Origin: an uncultured bacterium
Lineage (GTDB): Bacteria > AUK180
Length of the DNA stretch: 64,000 nt
NCBI GenBank assembly: GCA_937863565.1
Contig: CALMGJ010000012.1
Coordinates: 124,001 to 188,000, forward strand
Direction of reading: 5' to 3'
Below the pieces are notes generated by a model, which was given only the letters and a program-made list of their open reading frames with translations, ran no database searches and was not told the DNA's origin. Numbering within the stretch: the first letter of the stretch is position 1; every line of letters starts with the position of its first letter. A program made the translations under genes and the position numbers. Below are positions 1-9,467 of this stretch, piece after piece.

Positions 1-335
1 AACTTGATCTCGGGCATGTACTCGATCTCGAATTTCGCGGTGCCTTCCGAGAGTTTGAACTCCTTGAGGCCGAAATGGATAGGGTCTTTCTTATCGGCGA
101 TCAGTTTCTGGTAGAAATCCCGTACGATGTCCTCCTGAATGGCCTGATCGATATAATCCCTGAACATCGAGATCACTACATATTCGGGCGCTTTGCCCTT
201 TCTGTATCCGGGTATGTTCTGGCTGCTTTTGATCTTCTGGATCAGCGCGCTTCTTTTAGCGGCTACTTCCTCTTTCGTGAAGACGATATCGTATTCCGTA
301 AGATAGTCCTTTACAGACGCTTCTTTGTATTCCAT
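1..335 (-). CDS. tig: Trigger factor, N-terminal part (runs off the window's left edge)
   Basis: Not in ORF track. Manual reverse translation from ATG at 335 gives MEYKEASVKDYLTEYDIVFTKEEV...NIPGYRKGKAPEYVV, containing the TF ribosome-binding signature GFRxGKxP. AGGAG RBS at 341-345; follows tRNA-Leu as is common. Confidence 0.9.
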   Translation of the reverse strand, partial: MEYKEASVKDYLTEYDIVFTKEEVAAKRSALIQKIKSSQNIPGYRKGKAPEYVVISMFRDYIDQAIQEDIVRDFYQKLIADKKDPIHFGLKEFKLSEGTAKFEIEYMPEIK

Positions 336-351
336 GCGAACTCCTAACAAT

Positions 352-436
352 TGGTGCGAGAGGTGGGACTTGAACCCACACCCGTTTCCGGACAGGATCC
401 TAAGTCCTGCGTGTATGCCAATTTCACCACTCTCGC
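352..436 (-). tRNA. tRNA-Leu(TAG)
   Basis: Reverse complement GCGAGAGTGGTGAAATTGG...CAGGA-CTTAGGA-TCCTG, long variable arm, GGTTCAAGTCC, encoded CCA. Confidence 0.95.
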
Positions 437-438
437 GA

Positions 439-513
439 TGGTGGGCTGTGAAGGGCTCGAACCTTCAACCTACTGATTAAGAGTCAGTTGCTCTACCATT
501 GAGCTAACAGCCC
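439..513 (-). tRNA. tRNA-Lys(CTT)
   Basis: Reverse complement GGGCTGTTAGCTCAATGGTAGAGC-ACTGA-CTCTTAA-TCAGT...GGTTCGAGCC...CAGCCCACCA. Confidence 0.95.
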
Positions 514-519
514 TGTTAC

Positions 520-595
520 TGGGGTGGGTGATGGGGGTTGAACCCACAACCGACGGAGCCACAGTCCGTTGCTCTGCCATTGAGCTACACCCACC
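520..595 (-). tRNA. tRNA-His(GTG)
   Basis: Reverse complement G-GTGGGTGTAGCTCAATGGCAGAGC-ACGGA-CTGTGGC-TCCGT...CACCCAC-C-CCA, with the His-specific G-1 and C73. Confidence 0.95.
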
Positions 596-761
596 ATCGG
601 CAAAATAAAAGCAATTATAGCAAAATATCGTTTTTTAGTCAAATAATTTGTAAAAACCGTTATAATTCCGCAAATACGGAAAAATCGCTCCGTTTTTCAA
701 AGGAAAACTTCCCTTTTTTTAGTGAAATACTGTATAATTATTATAAAAAGGGAGCAAAGGA

Positions 762-1172
762 ATGAATACTGAAGAAGAACGCGAATTCTACGGTAATGAC
801 GGTCGGGAAAAGGAGGAGGTCCGCTGGGAAAAAAAACCTATTGGCCTGCTCATCCGTATCATATTATGTATATGCGGTGTCCTGATGCTGAAAAAGTACT
901 GGCCTCAGATCGCAACGGGCACGATTGAATGGGCGCAGGGCGCAAGAGGTGATCCCGAGTATTCTTATATCTATCGCACTGTTGGGCCTGAAGGCCTGAT
1001 CGCCGCAGCTGTTACCTTCATCGGCTGGGCTGTCGGTTTTCTAGGTTTTGCCGTTTTTCCCAGATTCTGCGTTAAAAATATCAAGTATGTTGTTCTGTGG
1101 TATATCATTTGTATAATCGCGATGTTCGCAATGCGGCATTTTTCAATCCATATCGCAACCCTGAAAAGCTGA
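762..1172 (+). CDS. Hypothetical membrane protein
   Basis: 136 aa, about three hydrophobic segments, GGGAG RBS upstream; no family recognised. Confidence 0.6.
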   Translation: MNTEEEREFYGNDGREKEEVRWEKKPIGLLIRIILCICGVLMLKKYWPQIATGTIEWAQGARGDPEYSYIYRTVGPEGLIAAAVTFIGWAVGFLGFAVFPRFCVKNIKYVVLWYIICIIAMFAMRHFSIHIATLKS

Positions 1173-1173
1173 C

Positions 1174-1656
1174 ATGAGGATTACCGGATTCATAGCTGTC
1201 CACCGGGGCGGAACGCTGACAAAAGAAAAACACCGCCTTCTGATGAAGTGGGCCCGCATCTGCGCGGAACATGTCCTTCCATTACTCGGCAGTAATATCG
1301 ACAGAAGATTGGTCTATGCGCTCAAGACCGCATCGGAATGGGAGGCGGGGAAAACGCCGACAGGTGCCGCGATGAAGGCGTCACTGGGCGCTCATGCCGC
1401 GGCAAGGACATATACCGATTCGGCGAAGACAGCCGTTGCCCGAGCGATCGGTCAAGCCGTCGCAACCGCCCATATGGCGGAACATTCCCTCGGCTCGGCA
1501 TTGTATGCCCTGAAAGCGGTTGCTCTTTCCGGCGGTTCAGTGAAAAAGGAAGGAAAATGGCAGTGCGGGCAGATCCCCGCAGGCCTTAAAATCCTTGTGA
1601 AGCGCGCTCTTTCGGAAAAAGGGAAACACTTCCGTTTGCCCAAAAATCCTCTTTGA
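1174..1656 (+). CDS. Putative immunity protein (Imm5-like helical family)
   Basis: WARICAEHVL and AVARAIGQAVATAHMAEHSLGSALYA resemble Imm5-like proteins as recalled. Confidence 0.65.
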   Translation: MRITGFIAVHRGGTLTKEKHRLLMKWARICAEHVLPLLGSNIDRRLVYALKTASEWEAGKTPTGAAMKASLGAHAAARTYTDSAKTAVARAIGQAVATAHMAEHSLGSALYALKAVALSGGSVKKEGKWQCGQIPAGLKILVKRALSEKGKHFRLPKNPL

Positions 1657-1678
1657 TCTTCACGATTAACTCCAGATC

Positions 1679-1709
1679 GGAAATTTCACCTTTTTCAACC
1701 TCCGTCCCT
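1679..1709 (-). repeat. GGGACGG-core repeat, inverted copy
   Basis: Reverse complement AGGGACGGAGGTTGAAAAAGGTGAAATTTCC is 30/31 identical to 15104-15134. Confidence 0.9.
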
Positions 1710-1727
1710 CTTTACGTCCCTCCTTAC

Positions 1728-1860
1728 TCACTGCGCCGCGCCCCTAACCTCTAGCCTCTTTTGTAATTCTCCATTCTCCATTCTCAATTGTTAATTTAAT
1801 TAAACTTTTCACTCTTCACTCTTCACTTTTCACTATTTCTCGCCTCCCGCCTCTTTTCCT
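1728..1860 (-). repeat. Heptamer-periodic intergenic tract, reverse orientation
   Basis: ATTCTCC/ATTCTCA and TTCACTC/TTCACTT units, plus TCACTGCGCCGCGCCC whose reverse complement occurs at ~29402. Confidence 0.75.
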
Positions 1861-1888
1861 TGTATTTTGGTAGAATTAGTGGTATAAT
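1860..1888 (+). promoter_or_regulatory. Sigma70-type promoter ahead of the hsd remnant-pAgo-Sir2 block
   Basis: TTGTAT-N17-TATAAT with extended -10 TG. Confidence 0.6.
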
Positions 1889-2004
1889 TATAATCATGAA
1901 GATGATTTGCGTTCATAAAGGGCAATATAGTGACATTACGGAGACATTATTCAAACCATTCCGTGTAAAATTTGTCCTCCGAAAATATAAAGACCAGATA
2001 AAAT

Positions 2005-2476
2005 ATGAATAACACAAATATTAATCCTGAAGGTGAAGCCAGAAACTTCATTGATAGTAATAGGGTTATTCTATAAGCAAGGAGTGAAGGCAAATGTCAT
2101 TTTCTTTGATAATCATCCCGCGAGTGAAAAACCCTGGACAAAAGAGGTCTGGATTTATGATTTCCGTACAAATATTCATTTCACTTTAAAGGAAAATACA
2201 ATGAAGTTTGAAGATCTGAATGATTTTATTCATTGCTACAATCCGGAAAACAGAAAAAAACGGGAAGAAACAGAACGATTTAAGAAATTCACCTATGAAG
2301 AAATAATCGCAAGAGATAAGACCAGTCTTGATATATTCTGGCTTAAAGATGAGAGTCTAACTGATCTTGAAAATCTGCCGGAACCCGATGTGATCCTTTC
2401 GGAAATAGTAGAAAATCTTCAAAATGCATTGGAGCAAATAAAAAATATAAATGGAGGTAAATTAAAAGATGAATAA
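2005..2476 (+). pseudogene. hsdM: Type I R-M remnant: HsdR-like N-terminal stub (2005-2076) joined to an HsdM C-terminal fragment (~2063-2476)
   Basis: GLFYKQGVKANVIFFDN...VWIYDFRTNIHFTLK...RDKTSLDIFWLKDESL...LPEPDVI is the C-terminal region of HsdM. SAM-binding and NPPF motifs are absent. A different frame from ATG 2005 gives MNNTNINPEGEARNFID, like HsdR N-termini. Confidence 0.8.
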
Positions 2477-4331
2477 TATAACAGAAAACACTATAACATT
2501 GAATTTTTTACCACTAAATACAAAAGAATTTTCATTCCAGTGCTTTAGAAAAAAGATTGAGAAAGAAGAAGATTTGCTAGTATTTCCACAATATGTTTTA
2601 AGAGATGCAGATAGGGAAAGTAAAGATTTATATCATATATCATTCAACGAAGTAGATAATTTCGAAAAATATCTGTGTAAATCTACGATAAACACTAATT
2701 TAACAAAATATTACCTATTAAAATTACTCGAAAATAATTCTGCAATACAAAAAAAATATATAGAGGAGAAAAAAGATATTATAGTAAAGAGTAAAGATAT
2801 AAAATATATTCTTGAAGAAAATCCACTAGGATACAGAATAATATCTATGACTCCATACTATTTAAAAGGTATATCCCAATATGGTTATTTAATCGATTAT
2901 CGTTTTATTAGGAAAAAGGGGATTCCATTTGATAGAAAAATATTGCGAATGTCTTTAAGTATGGATGAATATTATAGATCAAATAGTAATTATCATATTG
3001 ATAAATATAGCTATATTACTTCTTTTATTGAACAAAACAAAAATAATCTTTTTAAATTAAATAGAGATATTTATATAGAAAATATAATGTATCCGATTGA
3101 ATCATATAAGTTAAAAGTAAAGAAGTATATTGTAAATAATAACGAAGAAGGTAATTCGCAATATATGTCAATTATTACACATGGTCCATACAAAAATATT
3201 AATGGTAATCCTAGATATTATTTTATTTTTAAGGAAGAACATCGTCAATATGTGAATAATTTAATTGAAGCATTGAATGGGAATAAATATTCAACATTTC
3301 CAGGAATAAAAAAATTCAATATGCAAAATATTACAAAGGATAATGTGTTTCCGCTTGTCATTGATAATTTTGATTATACTCTAAATGAAGATAAAATCAA
3401 TAATTTAATTAATGAGAGACAAGAGAGGGCAATAGCAATATTTATCTTCCCTGAAAAAGAAGAAAAATATTACTATGAGATTAAATGGATTTTTATTAAT
3501 AAGAATATACCCACTCAAGGAATACACACAGAAACAATTTTTGATGAAAACCAATTGAAGTGGTCTATATCAAGTATTGCTCTTCAATTATTCTCGAAAT
3601 TGGGTGGCATCCCGTGGCGCCTAGTTCCGAGTAACGAAAGGTGTTTAATAATTGGAATGGGACAATCAATTAAACGAGATACTGATACGAAAAAGATAAA
3701 TAAGTATTATGCATATTCTATTTTAATTGATTCTTCTGGGGAATATAAAAAATTAGTGCCTTTGGCAGATGCAGAAACTCTATCAGACTATATTAAAGCT
3801 ATTACAACAAATGTCATAAAAATCATTTACGAAACCAATGAATATAGAAAAATTACTATTCATGTCCCACAAAAGATTCCTAAAGAAGCAATTGATAATT
3901 TAAAAAAGGTATTAGAAGGTAATAATCAGTCGCGCGAGTTGGTTATTATTCGAATAAATGATAAATCTAAGTTCTTTGGATATAATATACAAATAAATTC
4001 CCTTATTCCATTTGAAAGTAGTTATATAAAGTTGAGTAACTATGAATATTTGCTGTGGACAGAGGGTCTTAGCTATCATAATAGAAAAGCAGTTAAGCGT
4101 TATGCTAATCCTTTATATATAGATTTTATCTATTCAAAGAACCAGATTAATCACAACCTGTATTTGCAAGATATCCTTAATTTATCGGGTGCAAATTGGC
4201 GTGGTTTTAATGCGAAAAATTTACCGATATCTATATTCTATCCCCAATTGATATCTAGATTCAATAAGTATTTCAGCTTATATAAAATTGATATGTTAGA
4301 AAAGGAATCAGATATTCCGTGGTTTTTATAA
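2469..4331 (+). CDS. Prokaryotic Argonaute, long-B type, catalytically inactive PIWI
   Basis: 620 aa. MID Y-K-Q-K residues (YYEIK...IPTQ...FSKLGGIPW). PIWI IIGMGQS and ITIHVPQK lack the catalytic Asp residues. LSGANWRGFNAKNLPISI and a C-terminal PWFL. Confidence 0.9.
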   Translation: MNNITENTITLNFLPLNTKEFSFQCFRKKIEKEEDLLVFPQYVLRDADRESKDLYHISFNEVDNFEKYLCKSTINTNLTKYYLLKLLENNSAIQKKYIEEKKDIIVKSKDIKYILEENPLGYRIISMTPYYLKGISQYGYLIDYRFIRKKGIPFDRKILRMSLSMDEYYRSNSNYHIDKYSYITSFIEQNKNNLFKLNRDIYIENIMYPIESYKLKVKKYIVNNNEEGNSQYMSIITHGPYKNINGNPRYYFIFKEEHRQYVNNLIEALNGNKYSTFPGIKKFNMQNITKDNVFPLVIDNFDYTLNEDKINNLINERQERAIAIFIFPEKEEKYYYEIKWIFINKNIPTQGIHTETIFDENQLKWSISSIALQLFSKLGGIPWRLVPSNERCLIIGMGQSIKRDTDTKKINKYYAYSILIDSSGEYKKLVPLADAETLSDYIKAITTNVIKIIYETNEYRKITIHVPQKIPKEAIDNLKKVLEGNNQSRELVIIRINDKSKFFGYNIQINSLIPFESSYIKLSNYEYLLWTEGLSYHNRKAVKRYANPLYIDFIYSKNQINHNLYLQDILNLSGANWRGFNAKNLPISIFYPQLISRFNKYFSLYKIDMLEKESDIPWFL

Positions 4332-4342
4332 GAGAGAAACAA

Positions 4343-5392
4343 ATGAAATTTTCAAGAGATGATTTAATTATTTTAATTGGTGCAGGAGCAAGCAAGGATG
4401 CAGGTATATTAATATCAAGTGATATGGAAAGAGAGTTAGAAAAACTTGTAAATGAAAATATTGACTGGAAAAAATATAATGATCTATTCTATTTAATAAA
4501 AAGTGGTACAATTTATTCAAACAGTTTAATCCACAAAGAGATTTCATTCAATATTGAAACATTATTAATTGTGTTAGAAGAAATGGAAAAGAAAGTCCAA
4601 CATCCCCTATATCCATTTATTGGCTCTTGGAATATTAGATTTAGTGAGGTAATAAGAGATAATTTTGAGCTTATTAAGAATTTCAAGAAAGATATTATTA
4701 AAGAATTAAAAAAATGGGTAAATATGAAGGATAAATCAAAAGCTCGTTACTATCAGAATTTAAAAAGATTTCAACAGGAAACATCATATCCCCTAAGATT
4801 ATTTAGTTTAAATTATGACTTGTGTGTTGAATCATTGTCAAAAGATTCTAGCGAACCATTTTTAATTGAGCGCGGATTTGATGATAAAAAAGAGTGGGAT
4901 TATAAACGATTTTCTGAGCTTCCAGCAGAGGCACAACCCAATATTTATCTATATAAAATACACGGTTCATTAGATTGGGAGAGAGATTATAATACTGGTA
5001 TAGTATCATATATAGATACTATTGCAGAAATTCCAGATTTAATATTTGGTACTCAGTATAAGCTTCAATATGTAGATCCATATTTATTTCTCTTCTCAGA
5101 ATTGCGTCATTATGTATTTAAAGCAAAAATTATTATATGTATTGGATATAGTTTTTCAGATGAGCATGTTAATGCAATCTTATCACAAGCACTAAAATAC
5201 AGTAGAAAAGTAAAATTATTTTCTGTATCACTAAATATAAATAAAAAAAATATTGCAGGAATACTACAGGTACCAGATGAGGATCAAATAATTACAGAAC
5301 ATAATGTATATGCCAAAGACTTTTTTGAAAATCTATCACTTAAAAAAATAGAGAACATGTATAAGATGGACAAAAATGATGATGTTGTATAA
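4343..5392 (+). CDS. SIR2-like (SIR2_2) NADase effector associated with pAgo
   Basis: IILIGAGAS, FSLNYDLCVE, LYKIHGSLDW and CIGYSFSDEHVN motifs. ATG 4343, 11 nt after the pAgo stop, preferred over GTG 4319. Confidence 0.9.
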   Translation: MKFSRDDLIILIGAGASKDAGILISSDMERELEKLVNENIDWKKYNDLFYLIKSGTIYSNSLIHKEISFNIETLLIVLEEMEKKVQHPLYPFIGSWNIRFSEVIRDNFELIKNFKKDIIKELKKWVNMKDKSKARYYQNLKRFQQETSYPLRLFSLNYDLCVESLSKDSSEPFLIERGFDDKKEWDYKRFSELPAEAQPNIYLYKIHGSLDWERDYNTGIVSYIDTIAEIPDLIFGTQYKLQYVDPYLFLFSELRHYVFKAKIIICIGYSFSDEHVNAILSQALKYSRKVKLFSVSLNINKKNIAGILQVPDEDQIITEHNVYAKDFFENLSLKKIENMYKMDKNDDVV

Positions 5393-5520
5393 GAATGGAA
5401 ATTTATTAAGAATACAGGGAATCCAGAGAATTGGGGGATGGTTGGTGCTTTTGTTGCAAAATAAGATGGGCATTAACCCATATTAACTCGATCCGCCATT
5501 CCGGAGCGATGGTTCTTTAA

Positions 5521-5559
5521 GCCAATATGCTTGAAAAATCCCCGTAAAAGTGCTAAAAT
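5521..5559 (+). promoter_or_regulatory. Repeated promoter module, copy 1
   Basis: GCCAATATGC-TTGAAA-N17-TAAAAT with extended TG; 33/34 identical to 12069-12102. Confidence 0.75.
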
Positions 5560-5626
5560 AAAAAAATGATTAGGTATGCTGCTCATAGGATATCTTGTTT
5601 GATTATTAAAACATATATCTTGTGAT

Positions 5627-8608
5627 ATGTTTATTCCAAGTTACATATTAACACATCTCCTTATTGGTGTAATTCTACAGCCTACAGAAAAGTGGCTCGC
5701 TTGGATACCTCTATTAAATATTATCTTACTAATACGTAATTTGGGGAGGAGATGGCCATATGCAATTTTATTAGTCATTCCGTATATTAATATTATATAT
5801 TTATTATATTTAATCAATTACTTTACTCCACATAACAAAAATGCACATAATCAAAAGCCCTCTGCTCAGAGAAATGGCAATGAATATCAAGAAAAACACA
5901 ATAATAAGGTAATTCTTGATAATGTGTTCCTCAACGAAAAAGAGGCACAAATAATAACGAAAAAAAATGAAAATGATATTAATGAAATTCCAGAGAAAAT
6001 AGGACCTATAGGACATAATAGTAATGAAAACAGTAAGGGGCAAATCAATAATAATATACATACGAAAATTACCGAAAAACTTAAAAATAACCAAGAGGAA
6101 ACCGCCACAAATGAATATCAAGGAAAATTTAATGATAAGGCTATTCTTGATGACATGCTTCCTAACGAGAAAGACGAAGCACAAATAACGATTAAAAAAA
6201 AATATACAATAAGGGAAAGTATTAATTATAATGGGTTCTTTGATAATATTTATATTCATGACAATTTATGGGAATACATAAAAACAAAGGAGAAGTTAAA
6301 AAAGAGATTATCTTACTTAATAAATAGAATAGAATTTAATTACTTGAATGAAAATCATGTACAGAAAAAAAACGCTAAACGATTAAAAAACTCTTATAAA
6401 ATATACTGGAACGATAAATTTAGGTTATTATATGACATCAATAATCAAGACAATATAATTACGGTGAGGCTTTATGAAATTGTAAACCATACTCATGGTG
6501 AAATACTTCATAAACATAATTACAACAAACAATTGGATGATATGTTAGATATATCTGAATTTAAAGATGATTCAATTTATATCGAGGAAACTATAGATGA
6601 TCATGAAGAAAAAATATATTACCCACTATTTAGAGAATGGACTCCCTTGGATGAAGAATATCTCGTCGACACAAGGGCAGATCTTCCTTGGATGCTTGTT
6701 CCCGAACAAAAGAATATTGTGGGTATTAAGGGCCCCGTTCTATTAAAGGGGAGTGCCGGGAGTGGGAAAACCACGATATCAATTTATAGATTGCTTCAAT
6801 ATCACCAGTACAATAAGATGGGTAGAAATATATATTTAACATATACTCCACATTTAAAGAAATATGCAAAGGAAATATATGATTCTCTTTTGCGGAATAA
6901 TCATGAAGAAGTAAGTGAATTTTATACATTAGAGGAAAAATTCAGAGATATTTTAGGAGAGAACTCTAAGAAATTTAAAGAAGAAGATAAGTTGACATTC
7001 TTGTATTTTAGAGAAATACCTTTTCTAAAAGCAGTGAGTAAGAAATATAACTTAGAAATGCTATGGGAGGAATTTAGAGGTGTTATTAAGGGAGCATTCC
7101 AACAATCAGAACTTGAAAAGGGTGCTTTAAGTTTTGATGAGTATTTAGAAATTCCATCGAAGCAATCATTAATTAAAAGTGATAAAGAACATATATACGA
7201 ATTATTTACAAAATACGAGAACCACAAGATAAATAAGGGATATTGGGATGATTTGGATCTAGTAATTGAAGTGAATCGTAAAATAAAAGAAAATAATGAG
7301 CAAATTCAGCAGTATTCTCAAGTCATCGTAGACGAGGTTCAAGATTTGACCAGCCTGCACTTATTTATTATATTACAAATGGCAAGTAATCCCGATGGAA
7401 TATTTTTATGTGGAGATTCCCAACAAATAATACATCCCAATAGATTCGAATGGGAACGGACTAAACAATTGATATATAAGTATTTAACTAAATATAAAAC
7501 TAATAACACAAGCTACTACAACAAGATTAAGGTAGAGCTGCAGGAATTAAAAATTAACTATAGATCTTCTAAACAAATTGTAGACATCACGAACAGATTA
7601 AGTGAATGGAGAAATAAGGAGTTTAGAGAAAGTAATAATAAATTAGAAGCAATATTTAGTGAAGAAGATATAGTTGTTATAAATGAAGAATATTTTAAGA
7701 ATGTCTATAGTGATACAAATGTATTAAGTCATCAAATAATGATTCTTGTTATGTCCGAAACAGCAAAATTGCAAGCATCTACGTTGTTTTTTAATAATAA
7801 AAAAAATATTTTCACTATAGAAGAAGCAAAGGGTCTAGAAAGTAAACATGCAATAGTGTTTAAATTTTTCCAAGATATTGATATTAATTTCCTTGAAGGA
7901 ATAAATGCAAAGGATGAGCATAGGAAAAAATTTATTGTAAGTATATTGAATGTTGCGATAACAAGAGCAAGAAAAAATTTAATATTTATCGAAGAGAAAT
8001 GGCCATCATGGTATGAACCCCTTTCGAATATTGACTATATTCACAATGATAATGCGAATGACATCTTACTAAGAATATTTGGTGAAAAAAGTTCAAAGGA
8101 GGATTTTAATAAATATGCTGTTGAATTAGAAAAAAGAGAATTATTTACTAAAGCGGCTGAATACTACTTTGCTAGTTTTGACAATACTAATGGAAATCGG
8201 TGTATGGCAGTATATTGTGAAAAAAAATATGAATATGAGAAAGCAGGAGATTTTTATGAGAAAGCGGGTTTATATATTAAGTCTCTCAATTGTTACGAGA
8301 AGGTAAAAGAATATAAAAAGGCATTTAATGTTATTATCAATAATGATGATAATAATAAAAACAATGAAATTGCTAAGAAAGTAGAGATGTATTTAAATGA
8401 TATTAAGATAATATCAAAATTGGGAGGATATGGAGAAATTATTTCTCAAGCAATATTAAGAAATAATAATAATATTGACATTGCACACCTATTTGATTAT
8501 TCATTAAATAGATACAGATTGTATTCGGATCTATTATCACAGAGAATACAATATCCTAAAAAATCCTTTGAGATAATATTAGATCGAATAATATCGTTAG
8601 AGAATTAA
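5627..8608 (+). CDS. Membrane-anchored RelE-like / UvrD-type SF1 helicase / TPR-like fusion protein
   Basis: Hydrophobic N-terminus (WLAWIPLLNI...LLVIPYINII), Asn/Lys-rich linker, RelE-like segment (KRLKNSYKIYWNDKFRLLYD...LYEIVNH), SF1 motifs GSAGSGKT, VDEVQD, GDSQQ, NYRS, TIEEAKGLE and LNVAITRAR, then helical repeats (AAEYY, AGDFYEKAG). Confidence 0.8.
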   Translation: MFIPSYILTHLLIGVILQPTEKWLAWIPLLNIILLIRNLGRRWPYAILLVIPYINIIYLLYLINYFTPHNKNAHNQKPSAQRNGNEYQEKHNNKVILDNVFLNEKEAQIITKKNENDINEIPEKIGPIGHNSNENSKGQINNNIHTKITEKLKNNQEETATNEYQGKFNDKAILDDMLPNEKDEAQITIKKKYTIRESINYNGFFDNIYIHDNLWEYIKTKEKLKKRLSYLINRIEFNYLNENHVQKKNAKRLKNSYKIYWNDKFRLLYDINNQDNIITVRLYEIVNHTHGEILHKHNYNKQLDDMLDISEFKDDSIYIEETIDDHEEKIYYPLFREWTPLDEEYLVDTRADLPWMLVPEQKNIVGIKGPVLLKGSAGSGKTTISIYRLLQYHQYNKMGRNIYLTYTPHLKKYAKEIYDSLLRNNHEEVSEFYTLEEKFRDILGENSKKFKEEDKLTFLYFREIPFLKAVSKKYNLEMLWEEFRGVIKGAFQQSELEKGALSFDEYLEIPSKQSLIKSDKEHIYELFTKYENHKINKGYWDDLDLVIEVNRKIKENNEQIQQYSQVIVDEVQDLTSLHLFIILQMASNPDGIFLCGDSQQIIHPNRFEWERTKQLIYKYLTKYKTNNTSYYNKIKVELQELKINYRSSKQIVDITNRLSEWRNKEFRESNNKLEAIFSEEDIVVINEEYFKNVYSDTNVLSHQIMILVMSETAKLQASTLFFNNKKNIFTIEEAKGLESKHAIVFKFFQDIDINFLEGINAKDEHRKKFIVSILNVAITRARKNLIFIEEKWPSWYEPLSNIDYIHNDNANDILLRIFGEKSSKEDFNKYAVELEKRELFTKAAEYYFASFDNTNGNRCMAVYCEKKYEYEKAGDFYEKAGLYIKSLNCYEKVKEYKKAFNVIINNDDNNKNNEIAKKVEMYLNDIKIISKLGGYGEIISQAILRNNNNIDIAHLFDYSLNRYRLYSDLLSQRIQYPKKSFEIILDRIISLEN

Positions 8609-8618
8609 GGAGTTATAT

Positions 8619-9359
8619 ATGGATTATGAAAATGCTAAAAATGACATTGTAAGTTTAGGGGGAAAAATTGATAAACATGATTCGCTTTTATTGAAATTAC
8701 TAACGACATTTAGCAAATTTGAAGAAAATATCAAAGGAATACTAGATGCACAAAATATTATAGCAAATAAAATGAATGAAGTTAGTCGAACATATTCTGA
8801 GTTCAATAATCGTTTAAAAAATATAATGACAGAACATGATAATATTATGAAAAGCACAAAAGATGCCAGAGCCAATAGTATACGAGAAATCAATGAGGAA
8901 ACGCAACAACAAATGAAAAAAATAATGGACAATGCTTTACTAAATTCGAAAAATTCAATGTCAGATTTCAACAAAATACTTCAAGATGAAATTAATAAAG
9001 TGGAGGAAAAAATGAATATTTTAAGGAATCGAATTATCGAAATAAATAATGAAAACAAGAAACTAGAAAGTAAATTGAATGATAATGAAAATAATATATA
9101 TAAATTGAATGCTGGTATAAATAATATGAAAAGCAATTTGGATGTATATTCAAAAGAAATAGAAGATATTACAAATAATACTGTAATGTTGGTGCAGAAT
9201 AAAGGAAAAGCTATTATTAATGAAATTAATGATATTATTGAGCAACATAAAAAAGCACTTGATAATTATGCCGGTGAAATGGATAAGAGGCATACTTCAT
9301 TTTTAGATAAGATCAAAAGTTATATTAATGGTATCCGAAATAATATAAAAGAGAAGTGA
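8619..9359 (+). CDS. Coiled-coil hypothetical protein
   Basis: 246 aa, heptad-like, no Pro; AGGAG RBS overlapping the helicase stop, 10-nt gap. Confidence 0.75.
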   Translation: MDYENAKNDIVSLGGKIDKHDSLLLKLLTTFSKFEENIKGILDAQNIIANKMNEVSRTYSEFNNRLKNIMTEHDNIMKSTKDARANSIREINEETQQQMKKIMDNALLNSKNSMSDFNKILQDEINKVEEKMNILRNRIIEINNENKKLESKLNDNENNIYKLNAGINNMKSNLDVYSKEIEDITNNTVMLVQNKGKAIINEINDIIEQHKKALDNYAGEMDKRHTSFLDKIKSYINGIRNNIKEK

Positions 9360-9467
9360 AAACAAGGGAGTACAGATTAAAAATGCAAGAAGATAAAATG
9401 AAATATTTGAATTATATTCACGGAAAATGAAAGAAATGGCGATTGCCTTAAAAGCAAAATGAAGAAA

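Noticed and set aside
75-765. Plus-strand ORFs 75-347 and 538-765
   Set aside because: Antisense shadows of tig and tRNA-His.
352-1700. tRNA-targeted integrative island
   Set aside because: The tRNAs point away from the island (it lies on their 5' side); no duplicated tRNA 3' end or integrase was found.
2469-5392. Short pAgo SPARSA system
   Set aside because: The pAgo is 620 aa with an N-terminal lobe, and the downstream Sir2 shows no APAZ region.
2469-9359. pAgo-Sir2-helicase as a single operon
   Set aside because: A 234-nt gap containing its own repeated promoter separates Sir2 from the helicase; a functional link is not supported by sequence alone.
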